DNA of 25,984 nt from a virus (taxonomy: Duplodnaviria > Caudoviricetes): positions 1-25,984 of IMG/VR virus record IMGVR_UViG_3300031228_000026; one strand, given 5' to 3'. The notes below the pieces were generated by a model. It made no database searches and was not told where the DNA came from. It was given only the letters and a program-made list of their open reading frames with translations. Below are positions 1 through 8,832 of this stretch, piece after piece. The position numbers were made by a program, and so were the translations under genes. The number at the start of each line of letters is the position of its first letter. Positions within the stretch are counted from its first letter, which is position 1.

Positions 1-47
1 AGCACCTGACATCCCGCCCGGGTTTCCTAGGAGCTTGGGACAATGGG

Positions 48-656
48 GTGGTGACGGATTCCTTGATCACCTGCGCTCATTGCCGCACAGAGTTCAGCCG
101 GCGGGGGCGCGGGCCCGTGCCTCGGTACTGTTCCGCGATCTGCCGGGCCCGAGCGTGCGACTCACGAGCGGACGGCGATGGGCGACTTGACCAGTGGAGG
201 GCGACGGCGAACACGCGCCGACGCAGAGAGTGGTCGACTCTCGACTGCCCGTACTGCAGCGCCTCCTTCCAGTCCGCGCGCACGAATCGGAAGCACTGCG
301 GCTCCCCGCAGTGCCGAGCCAAGTGGCATTCAAAGCGGATGCAGCCCTTTGTGCATGCACGGCGAGCGGCCAAGGCCGGGGTAGATGCTGAGCACTTCAC
401 CTCGGTCGAGATCTTTGAACGTGACGCATGGTCCTGCTGGTTGTGCGGCCGGGAGACGGATCGGGCGGCTACGAAAGACGACCCCATGAGCGCCACGCTG
501 GACCACGTCATCCCGCTGGCTAAAGGCGGAGCGCATGCCAGGGCGAACGTCCGCTGCGCTCACCTGATCTGCAACCTACGCAAGGGCGACCGGATCCATA
601 CGGATCAGACGCCCACGAGAAAAGCCCGCTGCGCCCTGGTGGCCGAAGTGGGCTGA
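48..656 (+). CDS. HNH endonuclease with N-terminal Cys-rich zinc-finger-like motifs (start GTG 48 or 51)
   Basis: IFERDAWSCWLCG...TLDHVIPLAKGGAH..ANVRCAHLICNLRKG; N-terminal CAHC..YCS..C and CPYC..HCG...C. Confidence 0.88.
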   Translation: MVTDSLITCAHCRTEFSRRGRGPVPRYCSAICRARACDSRADGDGRLDQWRATANTRRRREWSTLDCPYCSASFQSARTNRKHCGSPQCRAKWHSKRMQPFVHARRAAKAGVDAEHFTSVEIFERDAWSCWLCGRETDRAATKDDPMSATLDHVIPLAKGGAHARANVRCAHLICNLRKGDRIHTDQTPTRKARCALVAEVG

Positions 657-708
657 TCGCCTCAGCCCTGGAGGCTTGAGGCACCCGCTCCGGACCCTGG
701 AGGTCGTC

Positions 709-1146
709 ATGGGCGCTCGTGGACCTATCGGTAAGCGCTCCGAGGAGCGCATGGGTCACCGCTCGAAGGAAGAGAAGAAGTCGGTCACGAAGGCCCCGTC
801 GGGCCCTCCGTCGGATCTGCCGGATCTGCCGGCACCGGAGCCCAACTGGCATGACATCGCGGTCGACTGGTACCTGTCGCTGCGGGAGTCGGGGCAGGCG
901 GCGTTCTATCAGCCGTCGGACTGGGCGATGGCCCGGTATGCCGCGGACCTGATGTCGAAGGTGCTCAAGTCGGAGCGCGGGCCGAACGGCCAGCTGGTCG
1001 CCGCGCTGAACAGCGTGATGGCGTCGCTGTTGACGACGGAGGGCGACCGGCGTCGGGCTCGTATGGAGCTGGAGCGGAAGCCGTCCGGTCCGAAGCTGGC
1101 GTCGGTGAGTCCGCTGGATGCTTACCGTGACCTCGCAGGCGGCTGA
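709..1146 (+). CDS. terS: Terminase small subunit
   Basis: GGAGG at 699-703 before ATG 709; MGARGPIGK start and LLTTEGDRRRARMEL motif typical of actinophage TerS; directly upstream of terL. Confidence 0.8.
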   Translation: MGARGPIGKRSEERMGHRSKEEKKSVTKAPSGPPSDLPDLPAPEPNWHDIAVDWYLSLRESGQAAFYQPSDWAMARYAADLMSKVLKSERGPNGQLVAALNSVMASLLTTEGDRRRARMELERKPSGPKLASVSPLDAYRDLAGG

Positions 1147-2869
1147 GGGGCAGGTCCCCGATGTCGTCGAGCCGTTCACTCTGGGGCCGACGTGGAAGCG
1201 TGGCCCGGATGGTCGTTTCCTGCTGCCGGCGTACACGCTGGGCTGGCAATGCCTGGCGTGGACGGCGACCTATCTGCAGCACCATGCCGGGGCGCCGTGG
1301 CGGTACACGCCTGAGCAGGCTCGCCTGACCTTGTGGTGGTACGCGATGGATCCGGTGACGAACCGGTTCCTGTGGCGGGACGGCGTGGTGCAGCGGCTGA
1401 AGGGCTGGGGCAAGGATCCGCTGATCGCGACGTGGTCGGCGTTCGAGTTCGTGGGCCCGTGCCGGTTCGGCGGGGTGGCGGACGAGGGAAACGAGTGGGG
1501 TGTGCCGGCCGGACAGCCGCTGGGGATGCAGCATCCGGCGGCCTGGGTGCAGATCGCCGCGGTGTCGCAGGATCAGACACGGAACACGATGACGCTGTTC
1601 CCGGGCATTCTGACGAAGCGGGCGATCGAGGAGTTCCGGATCGACCTCGGCAAGGAGATCATCTACGCCGACAAGGGCCGGGCCCGGATCGAGGCGGTGA
1701 CGAGCTCGCCGCGTGCCCTTGAGGGCGGCCGGCCGACGGCCGTGAACATGGGGGAAACCCACCACTGGCTGGAGTCGAACCAGGGCCACGAGATGGCGGC
1801 CGTGATTGAGCGGAACGCCACCAAGTCGGCGGACGGCGCCTCGAGGACGTTGGCGAACACGAACGCCTTCGAGCCGGGCGAGGACTCGGTGGCGGAGCGG
1901 ACCCGGGAGGCCTTCGAGTCGGCGGATGCCGGCCGGGTGGCGGACGTGGGTCTGTTCTACGACAGCCTGGAGGCTCCGGCCGAGGCGAAGCTGACGGAGG
2001 CGTGGATTGCGCCGACGCTGCGGGCGGTCCGCGGTGATTCGGTATGGCTGGACATCGAGCGGTTGAAGGCGTCGATCCTGGACGTCCGCAATCCGCCTTC
2101 GAGGTCGCGCCGCTTCTGGTTCAACCAGATCACCGCTGCGGAGGACGCCTACTTGGCGCCCTACGAGTGGAACGCCTGCCCGCACGAGGGAATCGAGTTG
2201 CAGCCCGGCGACGAGCTGGTGCTGTTCTTCGACGGCTCCAAGTCGGACGATGCGACTGGGCTGGTGGGCTGCCGCATGTCGGACGGGCATCTGGTGACGT
2301 TCGGTGTGTGGCAGAAGCCGGCGAACTGGCCTGACGGTACGCCGTGGCGGGTGCCGCGTGATCAGGTCGACGGGGTGGTGGACCAGGTGTTCGCCGACTA
2401 TCGGCCGCTCGCGTTCTTCGCCGACCCGGGTGCCGGACAGGACGACGCCGACGGTGAGCGGTACTGGGACGGGTTCATCGACGCGTGGGCGCAGCGGTAC
2501 GGCAAGCGGCTGAAGCTGAAGGCGGTGAGCGGCGGCGCGAACCGGCATGCAGTCATGTGGGACATGCGCGACCGACGCCGGCAGCAGACGTTCACGGAGG
2601 CGGTGGACCGCTTCTACCGGGACGTTCTGGAGCGGCAGCTGACGCACGACGGGCACAAGGTCCTGAAGCAGCACATCGGCAACGCGCGGCGCCGCACGAA
2701 CGCGTGGGGCTACACGATCGGCAAGGAGCATCGGGAGTCGGCTCGGAAGGTCGACTTGGCGGTGTGCGCGATCGGCGCGCGGATGCTGCGGCGCATGGTC
2801 ATGAACTCGACGGTCTGGGCGAAGCGCTCCAGTGCGCGCGGCAAGGGACGGGTGGTGGTGCTGCGGTGA
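1118..2869 (+). CDS. terL: Terminase large subunit
   Basis: YTPEQ, Walker A-like RLKGWGKD, VQIAAVSQDQ, Walker B-like MGETHHW, nuclease motifs FFDGSKSDDAT and KVDLAV. Confidence 0.95.
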   Translation: MLTVTSQAAEGQVPDVVEPFTLGPTWKRGPDGRFLLPAYTLGWQCLAWTATYLQHHAGAPWRYTPEQARLTLWWYAMDPVTNRFLWRDGVVQRLKGWGKDPLIATWSAFEFVGPCRFGGVADEGNEWGVPAGQPLGMQHPAAWVQIAAVSQDQTRNTMTLFPGILTKRAIEEFRIDLGKEIIYADKGRARIEAVTSSPRALEGGRPTAVNMGETHHWLESNQGHEMAAVIERNATKSADGASRTLANTNAFEPGEDSVAERTREAFESADAGRVADVGLFYDSLEAPAEAKLTEAWIAPTLRAVRGDSVWLDIERLKASILDVRNPPSRSRRFWFNQITAAEDAYLAPYEWNACPHEGIELQPGDELVLFFDGSKSDDATGLVGCRMSDGHLVTFGVWQKPANWPDGTPWRVPRDQVDGVVDQVFADYRPLAFFADPGAGQDDADGERYWDGFIDAWAQRYGKRLKLKAVSGGANRHAVMWDMRDRRRQQTFTEAVDRFYRDVLERQLTHDGHKVLKQHIGNARRRTNAWGYTIGKEHRESARKVDLAVCAIGARMLRRMVMNSTVWAKRSSARGKGRVVVLR

Positions 2870-4293
2870 CGACTCCCACGCTTCCTCTGATCGGGCTGTC
2901 GGATGACGAGAAGCAGATCCTGACGATGCTGCGGTCGGATCTGATGTCCCAGCGACTCAAGCTGGAGTTGCTGGACGCCTATTTCAACGGCGAGCAGTTG
3001 GTGCGGGATCTGGGCATCAGTATCCCGCCGCAGCTGAAGGGGCTGCATACGGTCATCGGCTGGCCGCGGATCGGCGTGGAGGCGCTGGAGCAGCGGCTCG
3101 ACTTGGAGGCGTTCCGGTGGGCCGACGGGTCGGACGGTGCGGGGCTGGACGAGATCGCCGAGGCGAACGACTGGTTCGACGAGGCGAGCCTCGCGCATCT
3201 GGATGCCCTGACCTACGGCCGGGAGTACATCACGGTCGGCTCGGCGGACGATCCGGATGCGCCGCCCCTGATCACGTTCGAGTCGCCGCTGGACATGACG
3301 CTCGACTGGGATGCGCGCCTGCGCCTGCCGCGGTTTGCGCTGCGGGAGTCACTGGACAAGTGGGACTTCGGGCTGGCGCCTGACGAACGGCTGGTCAGCC
3401 TCTACATGCCGGACGAGACCATTTTCGCGGTCGAGGTGAACGGCGGCTGGGAGGTTATTGACCGGGATCAGCACCGTCTGGGTGTGCCGCCGGTGCTGAG
3501 GATGGCGAACCGGCAGCGCACGGCGGACCGGGTGGGGCACAGCGAGATCACGCCCGAGGTCATGTCGATCACGGATGCGGCGTGTCGCCGGCTGATGGGC
3601 ATGGAGGTGGCCGCAGAGTTCTTCGGGGCCCCGGCGCGCTACATCCTGGGTGCGTCGGAGTCGGCATTCCAGGACGCTGAGGGCAACGCCAAGTCGGCGT
3701 GGGAGACGTACATCGGCCGCGTCCTGGCGCTGGAGCGGGACGAGGACGGCGACATCCCGACGGTGGGCCAGTTCTCAGCTCACGACCCCACGGGCATGAC
3801 AAAGATCATCGACCTGTATGCCCGGATCATGGCCACCCAGCTGGGCCTGCCGCCGCACATGCTCGGCTACACCAGCGACAACCCGGCCTCTGCGGACGCG
3901 ATCCGCAGCTCTGAGGCGATGCTGGTCAAGAAGGCCGAACGCCGCATCAGGCGGTTCGGTGCGACACATCGGGACGCGATGCGCCTCGGGCTGTGGTTCC
4001 GGGACGGTGAGCCGCCGGACCGGTCCCGCCGTATCGAGACGGTGTGGCGGAACCCGGCAACACCGACCCTGGCCGCCCAGACGGATGCGGCGGTGAAACT
4101 CGCGCAGGCGGGCATCGTGCCGGCCGATTCGGATGTGCTGCTGGAGATGGCCGGCTTGACGGAGGACCAGCGGCGGCGGGTGGCAGCGGACCGCCGCCGG
4201 GCTCAGGGGGCAGCTCTCCTGAATCGGCTGGCGCAGCAGCCTGAGGAGGACTCGACGGAGCCGGAGGTCGACGATGGCGACCTTGGTCTCTGA
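2866..4293 (+). CDS. Portal protein (start GTG 2866 overlapping the terL stop, not 2485)
   Basis: LDAYFNGEQ, ALTYGREYI, SEITPEV, NPASADAIR, ETVWRNPATPT motifs; GTGA overlap; position after terL. Confidence 0.92.
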   Translation: MTTPTLPLIGLSDDEKQILTMLRSDLMSQRLKLELLDAYFNGEQLVRDLGISIPPQLKGLHTVIGWPRIGVEALEQRLDLEAFRWADGSDGAGLDEIAEANDWFDEASLAHLDALTYGREYITVGSADDPDAPPLITFESPLDMTLDWDARLRLPRFALRESLDKWDFGLAPDERLVSLYMPDETIFAVEVNGGWEVIDRDQHRLGVPPVLRMANRQRTADRVGHSEITPEVMSITDAACRRLMGMEVAAEFFGAPARYILGASESAFQDAEGNAKSAWETYIGRVLALERDEDGDIPTVGQFSAHDPTGMTKIIDLYARIMATQLGLPPHMLGYTSDNPASADAIRSSEAMLVKKAERRIRRFGATHRDAMRLGLWFRDGEPPDRSRRIETVWRNPATPTLAAQTDAAVKLAQAGIVPADSDVLLEMAGLTEDQRRRVAADRRRAQGAALLNRLAQQPEEDSTEPEVDDGDLGL

Positions 4294-5044
4294 CGGAGGA
4301 TCTTCGGCGGATCGGCAGCGGCGCATCCAGCGTGGCCTGACACGGCTCCTGGCGCGGGACATGCGGGGGCTGCGGCGGATCATTGTCCCGTCGCGGCTCG
4401 AGGCTACGGTTCCGGACTGGATTGCTGCTGTGCGTGCACTGGTGGACCAGTACGGGGCGGCATCGTCGACTCTGGCCGCGGACTACTACGAGGCGGAGCG
4501 TGTGGCAGCCCGGGTGACGGGCCGGTTCACGGTTCCGCTGGTGGATCCGCCGTCGGAGGAACAGATGTCCAACTCGCTGCGGTGGGCGACGAAGGATCTG
4601 TGGCCGAGAGATCCGGAGGATCCGGCGACGACGGAGGCTCAGCTTCAACCGATGGATGTCCGCCTGACCCAGGCGGAGAAGAAGGCGGAGGCGGTCGCTC
4701 AGAAGCTGGTCGCGGATCAGGGGCGCGGCACTGTCCAGGAGGCGGTGCGGCGGGATTCGCAGGCCACTGCATGGGCCAGGACAGCAGCGCTGGGTGCCTG
4801 CGCCTTCTGCAGAATGCTCGTGATCCGCCGGGCTGTGTACAAGCAGGACACCGTAGATTTCCGGGCTCATGACGGCTGTCATTGCGGCGTGGTCCCGGTG
4901 TTCAAGGGGCAGCAATTCGAGCTGTCCGATCATGCACGTGAGTGGGAGCGGCTGTACCGCGAGTTCGCGGCGCCTCACTCGGGCGATCAGCTGAGGCGGT
5001 TCCGCCTGGCGCTCGCCGAGCACGGGCACCTGCCCGCTCTGTAA
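4274..5044 (+). CDS. MuF-like minor capsid / head maturation protein
   Basis: WAR....GACAFC and AHDGCHCGVVPVF Cys/His motifs; between portal and scaffold; GGAGG before the ATG. Confidence 0.7.
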   Translation: MATLVSDGGSSADRQRRIQRGLTRLLARDMRGLRRIIVPSRLEATVPDWIAAVRALVDQYGAASSTLAADYYEAERVAARVTGRFTVPLVDPPSEEQMSNSLRWATKDLWPRDPEDPATTEAQLQPMDVRLTQAEKKAEAVAQKLVADQGRGTVQEAVRRDSQATAWARTAALGACAFCRMLVIRRAVYKQDTVDFRAHDGCHCGVVPVFKGQQFELSDHAREWERLYREFAAPHSGDQLRRFRLALAEHGHLPAL

Positions 5045-5099
5045 TCCCCTTGGCCGCCCTGGAGGTGGCCTTTCTCAGCCCCAGGAGGGCGACATCGCT

Positions 5100-5690
5100 A
5101 TGCCCGAAGAATCCCAGGAAGTGGAGCCTGTCGAGGAGCCGAAGGAGCCCGTGGCCGCCCAGGAGGCGGAGGGCGCCGAGGAGGAGCCGTTCGACCGGGC
5201 ACGCGCCGAGGCGAAGATCAAGAAGGCGAACAGCGAGGCGAAGAGTCTTCGTGAGCGCCTGAAGGAACTTGAGCCTCTCGCGAAGAAGGCGAAGGAGCTC
5301 GAGGACGCGCAGAAGTCGGAGCAGGAGCGGCTCACCGAGCAGCTCACGGCTGCGGAGCAGCGGGCCGCGAAGGCGGTTCGCACGGCGGTCTCCTCGAAGG
5401 TCGAGGCACTCGCCTCTGCGGACTTCGCCGACCCGGAGGACGCTGCCGGGGCCCTGGACCTCGCCACCTACGCGGACGAGGACGGGGTCATCGACTCGGA
5501 CGCCATCAAGCGCGACCTCGCGGAGCTCCTGAAGCGCAAGCCGCACTGGGCGAAGCCGCCGACTGACACCGGTCCTCGCCGTCCGGCGCCGGACCGCACG
5601 CAGGGCTCATCGGGCAACGGCAACAGATCTTCTTCCGATCCTGGCGAGATCTTCGCCGGACTCATGGACCAGGCCCTGAAGGGCCGCTGA
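5100..5690 (+). CDS. Capsid scaffolding protein
   Basis: Acidic N-terminus, long coiled coil (LEDAQKSEQERL), LLKRKPHWA motif; precedes MCP; AGGAGG upstream. Confidence 0.85.
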   Translation: MPEESQEVEPVEEPKEPVAAQEAEGAEEEPFDRARAEAKIKKANSEAKSLRERLKELEPLAKKAKELEDAQKSEQERLTEQLTAAEQRAAKAVRTAVSSKVEALASADFADPEDAAGALDLATYADEDGVIDSDAIKRDLAELLKRKPHWAKPPTDTGPRRPAPDRTQGSSGNGNRSSSDPGEIFAGLMDQALKGR

Positions 5691-5705
5691 GAGAGGTAGC
5701 CCTCC

Positions 5706-6662
5706 ATGGTTGCAACACCCCCCATCAAGCTGAGTGACGTCGATGCGACGTTCCTCCCGTCGACTCTGACCGGCCCCATCTTCGAGAAGTCCGTGGAACA
5801 GTCGGCGGTCATGTCCCTGTCGCGGCGGGTGCCGCTGAGCATGTCCGCGACCACCGCGGTGCCGGTGCCGCTGGACGTGCCGACCGCGGACTGGGTCGAC
5901 CAGGCCGGCCGCAAGCCGCTGGGCACTGGCGGCGTCGACATCAAGCAGATGGCCGGCAAGAAGATCGCCGTCCTCATCCCGGTCGCGATGGAGGTCGTGC
6001 AGTCGAACGCGGCGGGTCTGTGGACTCAGCTGCAGTCCGACCTGCCGACCGCGTTCTCCCGGGCGTTCGACCGGGCGACGATCCACGGTCTGACGATGAA
6101 GGGCGCGGCCGGCCCGTTCGCGGACTACCTGACGCAGACCACGAAGTCCGTGGCGCTGGGCACCGCGGCGCAGGCCGAGGGCGGCATCTGGCTGGACTTC
6201 GTCAACGGCATGGAGGAGATCGTCGACGACGACTGGGACTACACCGGCACCGTCGCCGACCACCGCCTCCAGCCGAAGCTTCTGGGCGCGACGGACACCA
6301 CCGGACGCCCGATCTTCGTCGAGACCCGCGACACCGGTACGGGCATGGCCATGGCCGGCTCGCTGGTCGGTAACCCGCTCGCCTACTCGCGGAGCGTGTC
6401 GGGCAAGGTGCGGCGCCAGTCCACGAGCACGGACACGGGCCTGCGGGCGATCGGCGGCGACTGGTCGCAGACCGCCTACGGCGTCGGCATGGACATCACG
6501 GTCAAGATCAGCCGTGAGGCGACGTACATCGACGAGGACGGCGGCGTCCACTCGGCGTTCCAGGAGAACCTGGTGCTCCTCCTGGCGGAGGCCTACTACG
6601 GCTTCGTCCTGGGTGACGCGGAGGCGTTCGTCAAGTACACCGGCACGCCGAGCGCGACCTGA
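5706..6662 (+). CDS. Major capsid protein (HK97 fold expected)
   Basis: KKIAVLIPV, DTTGRPIF, GDWSQ..YG and SAFQENLVLLLAE motifs; strong codon bias; 318 aa after scaffold. Confidence 0.93.
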   Translation: MVATPPIKLSDVDATFLPSTLTGPIFEKSVEQSAVMSLSRRVPLSMSATTAVPVPLDVPTADWVDQAGRKPLGTGGVDIKQMAGKKIAVLIPVAMEVVQSNAAGLWTQLQSDLPTAFSRAFDRATIHGLTMKGAAGPFADYLTQTTKSVALGTAAQAEGGIWLDFVNGMEEIVDDDWDYTGTVADHRLQPKLLGATDTTGRPIFVETRDTGTGMAMAGSLVGNPLAYSRSVSGKVRRQSTSTDTGLRAIGGDWSQTAYGVGMDITVKISREATYIDEDGGVHSAFQENLVLLLAEAYYGFVLGDAEAFVKYTGTPSAT

Positions 6663-7696
6663 TGGCGGCGGCTGTCCCGGCTTCCGCGCCGGGCGGGACG
6701 GCCACCCCGCTCACGATTGTGGCCCGTGTGCACGCGATGCCCCCGGAGCACAATGCGGGGGCCGAGCACATGCTCGTGTCGATGCTTCGCCCGCTGGTGG
6801 AGCGTGGTCACGACGTGTCTGTGTGGCTGTCCCGGTACGGGAAGGCCCGCGAGATCTACGACTACCGGGGCGTCAGGGTGGTGCCGCTGCAGGCCCGTCT
6901 GGACTTCGCGTCCGCGGTCCGCAAGGCAGACATCCTCATCTCCCATCTGGAGTGTGTGCCGTCGACGGCCGCGCTCACCCGCGGGTACAGCAAGCCGCTG
7001 GTCGTCGTTTGCCACAACACGCACAAGCCGACGTTCCGGCACATGGCCGCCGGCGGGACTGCGCTGGCGGTCTACAACTCGGAGTGGATGCGGGCGGAGG
7101 CGGAGCTGTTCTTCGCCGAGTACCCGAAGGGTGTCCGGCCAGGCGCCGAACTGATCGTCAGGCCGCCGGTGTTCGCCGCCGACTATGCGACGAAGCCCGG
7201 CAAGAAGGTCACCCTGATCAACTGCAATCCGGAGAAGGGCGGCCGGGTCCTCGAGTCCTTGGCCCGTCGTATGCCGGACGTGGAGTTCCTTGCGGTGCGC
7301 GGCGCCTACGGGGAGCAGGTCCTTCCGGACCTGCCGAACGTCGAGGTCGTCGAGCATGTCGACGGCCAGGACATGCGGGAGCGGGTGTACGGCTGCACGC
7401 GGGTGCTGCTGATGCCGTCCTCGTATGAGTCGTGGGGCCGCGCCGGTGTCGAGGCGCTGGCGAGCGGCATTCCGGTGGTCGCTCACCCGACGCCTGGGCT
7501 GTGCGAGTCGCTGGGCGAAGCGGGCGTGTTCGTCGACAGGAACGACGTCGACGGCTACGAGGCGATGCTGCGGAAGCTCCTGGCGCCTGCCGAGTACCGG
7601 CTGGCGTCGAAGCGGGCGAAGATTCGGTCTGCCGAACTCGAGCCGACCACCGAACTGGCTTCCTGGTGTGCTGCCGTGGAGGCCCTGGCCCGATAG
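6662..7696 (+). CDS. Glycosyltransferase, GT-B fold, family 4-like
   Basis: AGAEHM...L..RGHDV N-terminal motif; LLMPSSYESWGRAGVEALASGIPVV with the E-x7-E signature. Confidence 0.9.
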   Translation: MAAAVPASAPGGTATPLTIVARVHAMPPEHNAGAEHMLVSMLRPLVERGHDVSVWLSRYGKAREIYDYRGVRVVPLQARLDFASAVRKADILISHLECVPSTAALTRGYSKPLVVVCHNTHKPTFRHMAAGGTALAVYNSEWMRAEAELFFAEYPKGVRPGAELIVRPPVFAADYATKPGKKVTLINCNPEKGGRVLESLARRMPDVEFLAVRGAYGEQVLPDLPNVEVVEHVDGQDMRERVYGCTRVLLMPSSYESWGRAGVEALASGIPVVAHPTPGLCESLGEAGVFVDRNDVDGYEAMLRKLLAPAEYRLASKRAKIRSAELEPTTELASWCAAVEALAR

Positions 7697-7705
7697 GAGT
7701 CAGCG

Positions 7706-8122
7706 ATGGTGTTCGTGGCCCCGACGGCCGAACAGCTGGGCATGTACCTGGGCTTGGATCAGATCGACGGCGACCGGGCGGACCTGCTGATTCAGCAGGC
7801 GGTCGCGCTCGCCGAGTCGGTGGTGAAGCCGCTGCCGGATCAGGCGACGGCGGTCGTCCTGTCGGTGGCCGGCCGGGCCTACGTCAACCCGCAGCAGGTG
7901 TCCTACGAGACGATCGGCCCTATGTCGGTGCAGCGTCCGCAGGGCAGCGGCGGCCTGTATCTGACGAAGTCGGACAAGGCGGCTCTCAAGAGCCTTGCGG
8001 GCCGGGGCGGGGCGTTCACCGTGGATCCGACGCCGGCTACCGCGGACCCGTCGCCGACGTATCCGCTCGACGAGGACTTCGGGCCCGGCTTGGAGTACGA
8101 GCCGGGCTGGGGGTGGGTGTAG
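7706..8122 (+). CDS. Head-to-tail adaptor
   Basis: Size, position and RAYVNP...ETIGPMS...GLYLTKSDKAAL pattern; AGGAG RBS. Confidence 0.75.
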   Translation: MVFVAPTAEQLGMYLGLDQIDGDRADLLIQQAVALAESVVKPLPDQATAVVLSVAGRAYVNPQQVSYETIGPMSVQRPQGSGGLYLTKSDKAALKSLAGRGGAFTVDPTPATADPSPTYPLDEDFGPGLEYEPGWGWV

Positions 8123-8485
8123 ATGCCCGCCCCCTACGCCTTCGGGGAGACGGTCCGCATCCTGCGGACCGGCGCCTCACCGGGACGGGATCCGCGCGGT
8201 CAGCCGCTCCCCGGGCCGGACGAGTCGTTCGACCTGAAGGGCTGTGTGGTGACCCCGCGGGCGGAGACTCCTTCCGTGGGCGGGGATCAGCAGCAGGCGA
8301 GGGACACGGTCATCGTCGGCTGGACGGTGTATGCCCCGCCGGGCAGCGATGTGCGTACCACCGATGGGGCGATGGTCCGCGGCGTGCGCTGCGAGATCAC
8401 CGGCGAGCCGGGCGACTGGGGCCGCAACCCCTTCACCGGTCTGGCCGGCCCGATCCAGTTCGCTGCGGACCGGGTGACGGGCTAG
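8123..8485 (+). CDS. Head-to-tail stopper (head closure protein)
   Basis: GETVRILR...WTVYAPPG.DV...D...VRG..EITGEP pattern; position after adaptor. Confidence 0.72.
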   Translation: MPAPYAFGETVRILRTGASPGRDPRGQPLPGPDESFDLKGCVVTPRAETPSVGGDQQQARDTVIVGWTVYAPPGSDVRTTDGAMVRGVRCEITGEPGDWGRNPFTGLAGPIQFAADRVTG

Positions 8486-8802
8486 CCGCGGGCCTGTTCG
8501 ACGGCGGCCATCAGCTTTACCGCCGCGTCGTTGGAGCGGTGCGGGATGGACAGGCTGTGCGGGTCCGACTGGGGTGGCCGGCCGCCGACAAGGAGGCTGC
8601 TCTCCTCACCGGCGGGCGCACTGCCAGGCAGGACGAACTGCATGTAGCCGTAGAAGAGGCGGGTGGCCGGCTTGAGCCGGGTGCCGGTCACGTCGGCGGC
8701 GCGGATGCGGAAGTCCCTCTGCTGCTGACCGACCTGCTTCTTCGTGATGGTGATCCATTCGCCGTCGAAGCTGATGCTGCCCTGCACGCCCTTGACGTCC
8801 AT
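8482..8802 (-). CDS. Small protein on the opposite strand, resembling the DUF4429 (PH-like) family, 106 aa
   Basis: MDVKGVQGSISFDGEWITITKK...KPATRLFYGYMQF...SDPHSL; fills the gap between two + strand neck genes; good codon bias on the minus strand. Confidence 0.72.
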   Translation of the reverse strand: MDVKGVQGSISFDGEWITITKKQVGQQQRDFRIRAADVTGTRLKPATRLFYGYMQFVLPGSAPAGEESSLLVGGRPPQSDPHSLSIPHRSNDAAVKLMAAVEQARG

Positions 8803-8832
8803 GCCGCCCCCAAGTGAGTAGAGGTGGTCATG

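Noticed and set aside
2485-2865. Long N-terminal extensions in the ORF track for the portal (also 17417, 18307, 21170, and 9210 on the minus strand)
   Set aside because: They overlap upstream genes; downstream starts with an RBS or stop-start coupling fit better
6640-6720. Possible capsid-glycosyltransferase fusion by frameshift
   Set aside because: The TGATG overlap and linker-like GT N-terminus are suggestive, but no slippery heptamer is visible before the capsid stop
7432-8817. 461-aa + strand ORF spanning GT end to the neck genes
   Set aside because: Arg/Gly-rich off-frame translation overlapping four better-supported genes
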